Origin: a virus
DNA: 64,000 nucleotides
IMG/VR virus record: IMGVR_UViG_2922055605_000002
Coordinates: 7,455 to 71,454 of that record
Strand: one strand, 5' to 3'
Positions 1 to 9,059 of this stretch are shown piece after piece. The notes under the pieces were generated by a model. It saw nothing but the letters and a program-made list of their open reading frames with translations. It searched no databases and was not told the DNA's origin. Made by a program: the position numbers and the translations under genes. Position 1 is the first letter of the stretch; every line of letters starts with the position of its first letter.

Positions 1-3000
1 CTTTGTTCTTGTTGTTTTGGCGATCCCCGGCGGTGGCGGACACAATGGCCACCAATCGCCCGCCCGGCTTGAGGTGGTCATAAGCATGGCGCACATGGTC
101 AACATCCATGTCACCAGAGAACGGCGGGTTCATCACCACGGCGTCATAAGACTGGGCCGGGGTGGTGGCCATAAAGTCGCTACCCACCAGACCAAACCCT
201 TTCGCCTGCAATATCTCGCGCAGGTCGCCAGCCAGCTCCACCGCATCGACCTTGGCCCCGGCAGCGCGCGCCGCCTCGGCCAACATGCCATGTCCGGCGG
301 ACGGCTCCAGCACCGTCATGCCCGGCTCAATCCCGGCCAGCGCCACCAGATCGGCGGCGTGACTTTCAGGGGTCGGGAAGAAGTCGATAAAGGCATTACG
401 GTTACCGACCAGCTTGCGCTTGAGCGCGACCATCTTCTCGGCCAAGGGGTCGCGCGGCACGGCCTGCTTTTTCAACCCGGCTTGCAGGCGGGCCAGCTCA
501 CGCAGGGCGGCGCGCAACTCGGTATGATTGGTAATGCCCATTCGCTCCAGGCGGCTGTAGCCGCCAATCTGCTCCTTGACCGCCTTGGCGTCGTAGTCGC
601 TGACCCCGCTGGTGTAGGCTTTGAGTTTGGCGATAAGCTCAGGATCGGTAATGGAAACCGTCTTGCTGTCACGATTGATCGCAGCATTGACCAGCGCCAT
701 GATCTTGGCCCCGGCCTGCTTGAAGCCGCTTGCCCCTTGCATCTTGGTTGCCACATCTTTGAGGTTGCGGGCGAAGTAATCCATGCCGGGCATTTGCGCC
801 CCTTCTGCCATCATCTCCGGGGTGGCCTTGGCAGACCAACGTTCCCGGCCATCCTCGGTGCGCTCAATCATCCCCTGACTGGTAAGCGCCTCGCGGCGAG
901 CTGGCGGCAAATTCCACAAGCTGCGGCTTAGCGCGTGGTTTAGCTCGGTCAACTGGGTGCCGTTAGCCAGGTTGCGCAGGTAAGTCACCTCGCCAGACTC
1001 AATCCCATCGGCAATGGCATCGAGCAACCCGGCAAAGTGCAACTCACTTTCAGCATTGGCGCGGGCGTTGGCGGCCTCGGTCATGCGCTTGTTGGTGTTC
1101 TCCTTGCGCTCGGCATTGAGTGCGGCGGTGGCCTTGTCACGCAATGTCTTGGCACGGGTGCGCAGGGTCTCGACCTGCTTGCTCTTGCTGTTGTCTTGGT
1201 CGGGGTCAGTTACCTCGGTGGGGGCTGCCTCGGCAGACGGGGCGGCACTGGCAGCCCCCTGACCGGTCAACCAACCACGAAACTCGGTGGCCTTGGCCTC
1301 ATCCTTGAACTGAAAGCCCGGCACGGCGCCACCGACCTTGTAAGAGGAATACCAGCCGCCCAGCTTTTTGGCGTGCGCGTTGATCTGGTTATAGGTGTCG
1401 CGGTCAACCCGGTCGCCCATTTGCACCACAAAGAGGTCTTCCCCGCTCTTGGTGTGCTTGGTTTTGATAATGTCGCCGCTGGCGGTCGGGGTCACGGCGG
1501 TGGCAGCCTTCACCTCGCGGGCCTGATCCCGCTTGTCCAGATTGCTGGCGGCGATCAAATCCTCATAGCGGGCGCGCTGCTCAGGGGTCAGCTTGTCCAG
1601 CGAGCGGTATTTCAGGAAGGTCTTGAACTGCTCAAGGGTCTGCGGGTCGCGCAGCGCCTCCTTGGTGGCGGCCAACTCGGCATCGCGCTTGGCCACGTCC
1701 GCCCGCTGCTTGTTGACGAACTGCTGATACCGCTCAGGGGTGAGGCCATCCAGCGCCTTGGCGACTCGCTCTTCGATACTCTGTCTGGCGCCGCCGATGG
1801 CATAGGTCTCGCTGATGGTATTGCCATCACCATTGGCAGCCCAGCGCAGATCACCGATCAGCTGGTTGTATGCGGCCTCGACCACGACGGCCTTTTTGTC
1901 ATTTTTGTAGCGGGCAGCATTGAAGCGGCTCATCTGATCAAGCAAATCCTGCTTGGTTTTCTTTTCCAGCTCAGCCCGCAGGGAGGGGGCGTTATCCAGA
2001 GCGGAACGGCTCATCGCTTGAAATTCAGAAAACTCCATCTCGCCAGAGAACAGGCGACGCTTCGCGGCGTGGTAATCCGTTGCGCTCTTGGCGCCGCGCC
2101 AGTCGTTGGCTGGCTCGATCTGCTGCGACTTGGCTCCCGACCCCGCGGTATCGCGGTCGCGGCGCATCTTCATGTAAACGCCAAGGCGCAAGCGTTCCTC
2201 GCCAACCTGGCGAGCACCTTCATTGGATACAGCAGCCCCAGTGCGGCGGCCGCCATTGCCGTTGAACTCGCCAGAGCCTGATTTTTGCAGATCGCCAACC
2301 TCGCCACCAAGTCGCTGGTACTCTGCTTCAAGCTCGGGAGTTGACATCTTTCCGTAGCGGCGATCCATTTCACTAAACAGCTCTGCGTCTGCCTGTGCGA
2401 ACCGCTCATCCCTGGTGGGCACTGGCTCGCCTTTGGATACTGCCTTGCGGTATGCCTCCTCGGCACGCTCAATGGCGGCCTCCTTGGTGTTGGCAGTAAA
2501 CCAGCCTGCGCCTACTGCAGAACGATACTTCCAGTGCCCGCCATGCTCTTTTAGCAGATCGCGATCTCGCAGCTCTTCCCCGCCAATACGGCCAGAAACA
2601 GCAGCCCCGGCATCTGTGGCCGGGGCTGTCAGTGTTGGGTCATTTTGCTGCTGTCCGTCAGGTACAGGTGCAGGCGCAGCGAGATCTGCCCGATCTCCGG
2701 ATCCAGCTCGGTCGGTGAGTCCGGCAACGGCTGGTCCAGCGCCTGCTGCAGCCGGTTCGCCTGCGCCAGGCTGATCGCGTTGTCCTTCACTGCTGATTGC
2801 AGGTACTGGGGTAACTGGCTCATTGCTCACCTCTGTCTTGGGTTGCTTGACGGGGATCACCTCGCGGTATCCGGTATCGATGGCTGGTGCTAGTTGGCTG
2901 GCCTCGCCCGCGGTGGCAGACGGCGCCGGAACTGTTTCAGCGCTTACGCTTGCAGCTGGCTGATCAGATGGTTGCCTTATGTCAGCGACATTCGTGTCGT

Positions 3001-5866
3001 TGACTTGGGACGGGGTTGCTTGCGCGCCGCGCGGGGCCATGCTTGCTACGGCGCTTTTGTCGATAACTACATGCTCTGTCTGGCCGCGCGGGTCGGTGCC
3101 GGTGACCACACCATATCCCTGACTCACCAACTCGTTGATGTAGCTTTCAGAAAGGCGGGTAATATCCCCCTGCTTGTGCAACACCTTGGTGCCAGGCTTA
3201 ATCTTGACATCGTACAGGGTGGGCGTGCCGCCCATCATATCGGCGTAGGCTTGCGCTTGGTGCGCGTCCTGCTCGCTGGTGCCATAGAAGCCACCATAGA
3301 CACGGCCCTTTTTGCCCTGCTTCTGACCACTTGCGCGGACAATCTGAATATCCTGCTCGCTCATGCCTGGATTGCCGGAACCATGAACGATCACCATGCC
3401 ATTTTGCGCGATCTCAGTCTTTCCGTCTTGGCGATCCTGCTGGGCCGAATTGCTTGACGGTTGCTTGACTTCGCCCTGCTGCGCTTGGGCCTGTTGCACC
3501 TCACCGATAGCCGCTACCCCAAAGCCGCCACCATTGAGCGGCACCGGCATTTCCTGATCCTTGCGGCTGGCCATGGCCGCCTCTTTCTCGGTGGCAAAGG
3601 GCTTGCCCTTGCGGGTGATGCGCAACGACTTGAGCGGGCCGAAGATGGAATCAGTCTCGCCACCGGCCTGCTCGATGGCACGCGCCACCGGGCTACGCGG
3701 ATCACGAGTGGATTGCTCGCCCATGGCGGTATCCACCTGATCACGGGAAAGACGCGGCTTAGCGTACTCAGCGTTATCAGCGGGGCTGGCGCCTGGGCCA
3801 TCTGCAAATATGGTGTCTGATTGTGGGATACCTATCGCTGCAGCATGTTGCACGTCCCCCTTGACTGGTTCATCTGGATTTCTACGTTGATCTTTCCCAT
3901 AAACCACATCACGGAATGGCAACTCACTGCCGACCTCGCGGGCCTCCCCCTCGATCGTAGCGCCAGGCAGATGACCAGAAACCGAAGGCTTGATCGACTC
4001 AACCGGCAACATATCTCCCTCTTGCCCATTTTGCCAACGGGTACGCTGAGCTCCACGGTACTGCGGGCCAGTCCCTGCTTGCTTGTCGTCGAAGTGTCCT
4101 TCCGGCACAACATCGCGTACGGCATTGGCATCACCGGCAAAGATCACGTCCTTAAGCGGCAGTGCAGGGCGCTGACTCTCGGTGGCCACCTGCAGCGCAC
4201 TCTTATTGCCAGCAAACGGATCTATCCCCAGCTCGCCCCCTTGAGCTTGCTCATAGAAGCTCTTGCCCTGAGGCCCAGCTTGAATTTGAGCGGTCACTAA
4301 CTCTTGTACTGATGGGCCAAACTCTCCGGCCAAGGCCCGCTGTATCTCACTGTCCTCGGCAATCCCCTTGAACCGCTCGGCAGTATCGTCCTGTCGTAGG
4401 TATGCAGGCACGTCCCTCATTTCGTCGAACTGGCTTGGGCTGGGGCCGAGTGGGTTTTGATCGCTGTTTGCCTGCAGCGGATCAGCCAGACCATCCAAGG
4501 CAGTTGCCAGATCAGGCTGTACCGTCTGCACTTGCTTAGTAGCCAGCTGTGGATCCGCTCCAGGCGAGGGGTCCGCCAAGGGGGTTGCCTCCTCCATCAC
4601 CGGCGTAACAGGCTCGATGAGTGGGTCAGCCGAGACCTCTTCTTCTTGGTTGGCATGCTTGCCGCCCCGCAAACCGCCGACAGCGCCCATGGCCCCACCG
4701 GTGCCCATGCCGATCAAGCCCCCCTCGAGCGCACTCGACACCACGCCCTTCATCGGGTCAATGTCGGCAGCAGCTACCTCATTGAGGGATTCGTTCACGG
4801 CATATTGCTGCACACCCTCCTCGAGGGTTTCACCAACACCTTCACCCGCAGCCCCCTTGGCAGCGCCCTTCAACATGCCGCCAGCTGCAGCCTTGCCTGC
4901 CAACATCTTGAACAACATGGCGTCACCCATCATGGACCCCATGGCTGCCGCCCCCCAGGTCTTGGCATCGCTCATGGTCGCGCGACTGGCCACATTCGCG
5001 GTTTCTTCCCTGGCCAGTGCCAATTTCTCATCGTCTGTGAGGTGAAGGGTTTGCTGATCTTGGTCGATACGGGTGAATGCTTGGCGGAACGTGTCACTCG
5101 CTGCCAGCTCGTCATAGCTCATGCCAAGCACTGACTCTTTGGCATTTACCCCGGCACTGCCTACAGAACCAGTCGCACCGGTTGTGACGGCGGCGCCAGT
5201 GGCAAGCTTGGAGACGGTCTTGGCGGCCACTGCCTCTGCCACCTGCTGTGTTGCGCCACGCTTGATCATGGATGCTGTCACGGCACGGCCCAGGGTTGCC
5301 TTGGCAGCGACCCCAGTCACGCCGCCGGCAAGCAGGGTTGGCACCAAGGAACCGACCCCTTGTGCCATCTTCATGGCCCAGACATCGATATCACCCGCAC
5401 CGTCCCCCATGGTCAAACGACCTTCCGGTGTTTCATCAACAAGCCGGCGGTTCATGGCCTCTTTTGCATCAGAGCTCATGCCTTCGGTCAGGGATTCGGC
5501 GCCAGACTTGGCCAGGTCACCGGCCCCGGCAACGAAGTCCAGCACAGGGCTGAGCTTGCTGGCAATGTTTGCTCGGGCTTGTTCCAGGTAGTCGCCCCCC
5601 TGCTTGCCAGCATTCTCCTTGCCGAATTCGCTGGCTTGACCGGCCAGCTCACCGATCCCCCCTACTAGCTCCAGCGCGCCAGCACCGACACCGCGAGCAA
5701 GATCGCCAAGCCCAACATCAAGATTGCGAGCAGAGGCGGTTTTGGAGAGGGGCGGGGCGGAAGAGGCGGCAGACAGACTGCTATCGAGGTCGCCCCAAAA
5801 TTGGTCGTTACGGGTGTCAGATTGTTGTGGCTGTGGCAGGGCGTCACGCAGTCCAGGCTTATCCAT
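1..5866 (-). CDS. Giant polyvalent virion ejection protein (3'-truncated by the window, >1950 aa) with ART-like and N6-adenine methyltransferase domains
   Basis: Hand translation from ATG 5866 (SD GAGG; MDKPGLRDALPQ...) is open to base 1. It is missing from the ORF track because it has no stop in the window. The + ORFs at 17, 1037, 2894, 4457 and 5360 are its antisense shadows. Motifs: VHGSGN..GGFYGT..EHVVID (~3050-3400); DFFPTP, VLEPSAGHG, VVMNPPF (~1-390). It is the last gene of the late operon, like the giant gene of 933W-type phages. Confidence 0.9.
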   Translation of the reverse strand, partial: MDKPGLRDALPQPQQSDTRNDQFWGDLDSSLSAASSAPPLSKTASARNLDVGLGDLARGVGAGALELVGGIGELAGQASEFGKENAGKQGGDYLEQARANIASKLSPVLDFVAGAGDLAKSGAESLTEGMSSDAKEAMNRRLVDETPEGRLTMGDGAGDIDVWAMKMAQGVGSLVPTLLAGGVTGVAAKATLGRAVTASMIKRGATQQVAEAVAAKTVSKLATGAAVTTGATGSVGSAGVNAKESVLGMSYDELAASDTFRQAFTRIDQDQQTLHLTDDEKLALAREETANVASRATMSDAKTWGAAAMGSMMGDAMLFKMLAGKAAAGGMLKGAAKGAAGEGVGETLEEGVQQYAVNESLNEVAAADIDPMKGVVSSALEGGLIGMGTGGAMGAVGGLRGGKHANQEEEVSADPLIEPVTPVMEEATPLADPSPGADPQLATKQVQTVQPDLATALDGLADPLQANSDQNPLGPSPSQFDEMRDVPAYLRQDDTAERFKGIAEDSEIQRALAGEFGPSVQELVTAQIQAGPQGKSFYEQAQGGELGIDPFAGNKSALQVATESQRPALPLKDVIFAGDANAVRDVVPEGHFDDKQAGTGPQYRGAQRTRWQNGQEGDMLPVESIKPSVSGHLPGATIEGEAREVGSELPFRDVVYGKDQRRNPDEPVKGDVQHAAAIGIPQSDTIFADGPGASPADNAEYAKPRLSRDQVDTAMGEQSTRDPRSPVARAIEQAGGETDSIFGPLKSLRITRKGKPFATEKEAAMASRKDQEMPVPLNGGGFGVAAIGEVQQAQAQQGEVKQPSSNSAQQDRQDGKTEIAQNGMVIVHGSGNPGMSEQDIQIVRASGQKQGKKGRVYGGFYGTSEQDAHQAQAYADMMGGTPTLYDVKIKPGTKVLHKQGDITRLSESYINELVSQGYGVVTGTDPRGQTEHVVIDKSAVASMAPRGAQATPSQVNDTNVADIRQPSDQPAASVSAETVPAPSATAGEASQLAPAIDTGYREVIPVKQPKTEVSNEPVTPVPAISSEGQRDQPGAGEPAAAGAGPAVAGLTDRAGSGDRADLAAPAPVPDGQQQNDPTLTAPATDAGAAVSGRIGGEELRDRDLLKEHGGHWKYRSAVGAGWFTANTKEAAIERAEEAYRKAVSKGEPVPTRDERFAQADAELFSEMDRRYGKMSTPELEAEYQRLGGEVGDLQKSGSGEFNGNGGRRTGAAVSNEGARQVGEERLRLGVYMKMRRDRDTAGSGAKSQQIEPANDWRGAKSATDYHAAKRRLFSGEMEFSEFQAMSRSALDNAPSLRAELEKKTKQDLLDQMSRFNAARYKNDKKAVVVEAAYNQLIGDLRWAANGDGNTISETYAIGGARQSIEERVAKALDGLTPERYQQFVNKQRADVAKRDAELAATKEALRDPQTLEQFKTFLKYRSLDKLTPEQRARYEDLIAASNLDKRDQAREVKAATAVTPTASGDIIKTKHTKSGEDLFVVQMGDRVDRDTYNQINAHAKKLGGWYSSYKVGGAVPGFQFKDEAKATEFRGWLTGQGAASAAPSAEAAPTEVTDPDQDNSKSKQVETLRTRAKTLRDKATAALNAERKENTNKRMTEAANARANAESELHFAGLLDAIADGIESGEVTYLRNLANGTQLTELNHALSRSLWNLPPARREALTSQGMIERTEDGRERWSAKATPEMMAEGAQMPGMDYFARNLKDVATKMQGASGFKQAGAKIMALVNAAINRDSKTVSITDPELIAKLKAYTSGVSDYDAKAVKEQIGGYSRLERMGITNHTELRAALRELARLQAGLKKQAVPRDPLAEKMVALKRKLVGNRNAFIDFFPTPESHAADLVALAGIEPGMTVLEPSAGHGMLAEAARAAGAKVDAVELAGDLREILQAKGFGLVGSDFMATTPAQSYDAVVMNPPFSGDMDVDHVRHAYDHLKPGGRLVAIVSATAGDRQNNKNK

Positions 5867-5886
5867 GGTGTCCTCGGCTTTCAGGC

Positions 5887-5999
5887 AAAAGAAAAGCCCC
5901 GAACGGCGAACCGTTCAGGGCTTGAATTGGGGAGTGCTGGCCAATAAACACACTGGCCGACTATGGGGAGATGCTAACGCTGGGAGTGGGTAAAGGCAA
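5887..5999 (-). promoter_or_regulatory. Late promoter-terminator module 1
   Basis: TTGCCT(5999-5994)-N17-TAGCAT(5976-5971) with CCAGCGT before the -10. Followed by the hairpin AAGCCCTGAACGG/CCGTTCGGGGCTT plus a U-tract (5923-5887). Confidence 0.75.
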
Positions 6000-7400
6000 C
6001 TACTGGCGGGCTTGTGACAGACTCATCGCCTGATAAGCATTGGTTTCAGTATCACGCAGCCGATTGGCCGTGACAGTGGCCTGCTCCGCTTGCTTCTTCT
6101 TGGTCGCCTGCTGGCGCCACATCTCAAAAGCGGTGTTCATTCTGGTGGGGTTCTCGAGCAGACCATTGAGCTTGCCATGTTGGTTTGCCTCTTTGATGAA
6201 CTGCAGTCGGTCAGGATCACCACCAGTCCACTCTTTGATGGGAGCTCCGGCCGCCGGCTCTTCACGCTTACTGGTCATGCCATGCGTGTCAGCTGCGGCG
6301 GCTTTGCTCGACTCAAACTGGGCGTCCAGCGCCTCCAGCTGGACATCTTTGTCTTCCGCATTACTGGCCGAGATCCGCGCTCGGTTCTGGCCATGCAACT
6401 TCTCAAGATCGGTCACCGCCCTCTTGTATCCTGCCAGGTCTGGGCCTGCAGTCAGTCCAAGTGAGGTTCGCAACTGATCAGCATTACCAACCATGTGCTT
6501 TGCCAGGGCTGCACGCTGGTAAGCTGGCTTTAAAAAGTCATTGATGGGTATCACCTTGGGGTGATCGTCAGGGGATGAGGTGCGATTTCCAGTAACGGGT
6601 CGAACATCGGTGCTGCCGTCGTCATAAGTAACCGTGACCCCCAGTACAACACCGCGCCCATCAGGGCTCACCATGATGTTGCTCAGCTCTTTGCCAGTGA
6701 TGGTCTTACCGCTCTCCGGGTCGATATCTCCAACCCCTTTGGATACTTCGTCCCGATAGATAGTGCCCGCAGCCTTGATAAACGTCGGGTCATTAATGAG
6801 CGCATGCCCTTCTGGGGTTGAGGGATCCAGCTTGCCATCCTGAGCTTGACGCACCAGGTTGCCGGCATAGGTAACAAAGGTCTTGCCGGCCTCTGCATAT
6901 TCCGGCTCGAGGTACCGCTCCGGATTGAATGAGCCAGCACGCTTGTCCCGCACGACAGACCAGAACTGCTGCCCAGGGACCTTTCCTTCTGAAACCGCCT
7001 GCCAACCAGATTGGATGATCGGCATGTTTTCCTGTTGGAATAGCTGCTTGTCTCGCTGCTCAGTCTGCCATTGATATTCCTGCTGTTGGCGGGCCTCGCC
7101 GGCAGAAGCCCGGCGTTCAGCCGCATTTGCCCGATCTTCAGCCGACTTGGCTTGCCGCTCATTAAGCGCGAACTCTTTCTCGTAGCGGGCATCCCCAAGG
7201 CTATCCCGCTCTTTGGCGTAATCAACGCTCTCTTGATACCGTTGATCCGCAACCTTCTGGCGGTCCTGCTCGTTCTGCCACTGGGCATCGCGCAGGCTCA
7301 TTGACTTGTCCATGCGCTCGTCGTCTTTCTGGCCACGCTGATACCGGTCCATCGTATTGAAACCAGCCAGGAACCCTTCTGCCAACCCTGAAACACCCAT
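6000..7400 (-). CDS. Internal virion / DNA ejection protein
   Basis: 466 aa; N-terminal GLAEGFLAGF followed by a Q/E/R coiled coil; lies in the cluster before the giant ejection gene. Confidence 0.7.
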   Translation of the reverse strand: MGVSGLAEGFLAGFNTMDRYQRGQKDDERMDKSMSLRDAQWQNEQDRQKVADQRYQESVDYAKERDSLGDARYEKEFALNERQAKSAEDRANAAERRASAGEARQQQEYQWQTEQRDKQLFQQENMPIIQSGWQAVSEGKVPGQQFWSVVRDKRAGSFNPERYLEPEYAEAGKTFVTYAGNLVRQAQDGKLDPSTPEGHALINDPTFIKAAGTIYRDEVSKGVGDIDPESGKTITGKELSNIMVSPDGRGVVLGVTVTYDDGSTDVRPVTGNRTSSPDDHPKVIPINDFLKPAYQRAALAKHMVGNADQLRTSLGLTAGPDLAGYKRAVTDLEKLHGQNRARISASNAEDKDVQLEALDAQFESSKAAAADTHGMTSKREEPAAGAPIKEWTGGDPDRLQFIKEANQHGKLNGLLENPTRMNTAFEMWRQQATKKKQAEQATVTANRLRDTETNAYQAMSLSQARQ

Positions 7401-7410
7401 CTACTCCCCC

Positions 7411-7650
7411 TTAAAATAGACTGTCTGCCAGAAAACCCACGCCTGCCCCAATCGCAGTGCCAATGCCAGGCATCACCATAGTGCCAACTGCTGCGCCAGT
7501 CCCGACGGCGCTCATGGTCTGGGCCTTACGAGCAGATTTGAGGCTCTTATTAGCAGCCTCCATCTCTCCTTCCCGATTGGCTGCATCTCGCAGGCCAGCC
7601 ATGCCCTGCTGGCGCGTTTGAGCACCAATATCCAGAATCCCGTATCCCAT
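7411..7650 (-). CDS. Small ejection protein with C-terminal glycine zipper
   Basis: 79 aa, GTGAAVGTMVMPGIGTAIGAGVGFL; translationally coupled to its neighbours. Confidence 0.65.
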   Translation of the reverse strand: MGYGILDIGAQTRQQGMAGLRDAANREGEMEAANKSLKSARKAQTMSAVGTGAAVGTMVMPGIGTAIGAGVGFLADSLF

Positions 7651-8030
7651 CAGGCCTTACCCCCTGTCTTGATTGCTTCACGCAGTCCGGCATCAGCACC
7701 GGTCAGGATGCCCATCTGGCGGGACTGCTCTTGCTCACGCAAACCATTCTCGGTTCCTGCAGTCATCAGAGACATACGCAAACCCTGGCTGTTATCGTTG
7801 GCGTTCTGGCTCGTTGCCACTCCCATTCGAGCCATTCGGTTATCGGTGGCTTGCTTGGCTGCAGCGAGGGAGTTCTGGTTGTTCTGGTCCACCCGGCCAA
7901 GCTGATCACGTAGCAACTGGCCATTTGTTGCCATCTCCATCAGCTCTTGCTGCTTCGGGTAGAACCGGTTCTTCCAGTCCTGATACTGCTCCCGGGTGAT
8001 TTTTGCGTACGTATCTGCGGCATATCCCAT
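7650..8030 (-). CDS. Putative internal virion protein
   Basis: 126 aa, Q/N-rich, coupled within the ejection cluster. Confidence 0.6.
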   Translation of the reverse strand: MGYAADTYAKITREQYQDWKNRFYPKQQELMEMATNGQLLRDQLGRVDQNNQNSLAAAKQATDNRMARMGVATSQNANDNSQGLRMSLMTAGTENGLREQEQSRQMGILTGADAGLREAIKTGGKA

Positions 8031-8033
8031 AGT

Positions 8034-8693
8034 TTATTTCCTCAGCATTCCGAGTGTTGACGAGCCAGTGAATGCGCCGCGCTTCTCGATAACATCCGCA
8101 TCACGGTTGAAATCCTGCTCCGTATACTTCATCTGCCCAAGGCCATATGCAGTAGCACCTCCGGCCAAGGTACCAACCAAGCCCGCTGTCGCCTGCTTAT
8201 CTTGAAAGGAGGTCTGGGCATCATTGGTGGCCTTGCGAAGGCTGGTGCTTGCCACATCCCCCATTCCCGCAAGAGATTCCGCCTTCTGGCCGGCACCAAT
8301 GCTCACCACATCCTTGAGGCCAGCCACGTACTTGTCTTGTTGACTGGACTGGGCCCGGTTGGTGGTATCGGTCTGGCTCAGGGCTTGATCTGTTTCCAGT
8401 GCGCCCATTGCCTCCTGGTACTTGCCGCTGGTCGGGTCCACCCCGCCCGCAGCAAGGCTGCCAGCCAACCCAACGCGAGCCTCACCAAAGGCCTGTGCAG
8501 TACCCAGTGCAGCAGTCCCAGACAACTTGTCGTATTCTCGCTCGTTGTTGAGGTCATCCACCTTGTCCATGAAGATGTCCTCATACTGCTGCAGGTCGTT
8601 CTTGTAGAGGTCCCACTGCTCCATGGCCACTCCAGCAGCAGCCTTCTGGGCTTCAGTTTCCTTGATCTCGTTTGAACCGCCCTTACCCATCAC
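8034..8693 (-). CDS. Putative internal virion (ejection) protein
   Basis: 219 aa, MGKGGS start, A/G-rich; position in the cluster. Confidence 0.65.
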   Translation of the reverse strand: MMGKGGSNEIKETEAQKAAAGVAMEQWDLYKNDLQQYEDIFMDKVDDLNNEREYDKLSGTAALGTAQAFGEARVGLAGSLAAGGVDPTSGKYQEAMGALETDQALSQTDTTNRAQSSQQDKYVAGLKDVVSIGAGQKAESLAGMGDVASTSLRKATNDAQTSFQDKQATAGLVGTLAGGATAYGLGQMKYTEQDFNRDADVIEKRGAFTGSSTLGMLRK

Positions 8694-8699
8694 CCCACC

Positions 8700-9059
8700 T
8701 CACAGGTTGATCTGAAATACATGCAGGCCGTCAGCATCGTCTGGCTGACGTACCCACCCCATCTTTGGCGCCACCTTGAGCCACCCTTTGCGCACGGAGT
8801 GGAATCGTAGCCAGCGAGCTCCGATTAGGCGGGCCAACCGCTTCACTTCTGGCAAGTGCCGCTCAGGTGCCTCGCCACTACCCCATCCGACCCACACAAG
8901 AACCCCGGTAATACCATCCTCAACCAGCGGCTTAAGCACAAAACCGTCATCGCCGCGCACAAACAAAAACGCCACCCGGTTACGGATGGCGTCTTGCAGT
9001 TCGGCGGATAGATTGGGGTTGCCGGTGTCGTTGGCGATGCGGTTTATCTTATTGTTCAT
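8700..9059 (-). CDS. GNAT-fold-like virion assembly protein
   Basis: 119 aa; LARLIGARWLRFHSVRKGWLKVAPKMGW resembles the small GNAT-like genes that precede podophage ejection genes. Confidence 0.5.
   Translation of the reverse strand: MNNKINRIANDTGNPNLSAELQDAIRNRVAFLFVRGDDGFVLKPLVEDGITGVLVWVGWGSGEAPERHLPEVKRLARLIGARWLRFHSVRKGWLKVAPKMGWVRQPDDADGLHVFQINL

Noticed and set aside
17-5668. Long plus-strand ORFs (17..931, 1037..2281, 2894..3457, 4457..5134, 5360..5668)
   Set aside because: All share one register that is exactly antisense to the giant minus-strand gene; they are shadow ORFs with no motifs. The same applies to 18943..20667, 22335..23873 and 58639..60570.
7411-7650. Bacteriocin-like glycine-zipper peptide
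   Set aside because: It is coupled inside the ejection-protein cluster, with no leader, transporter or immunity gene.
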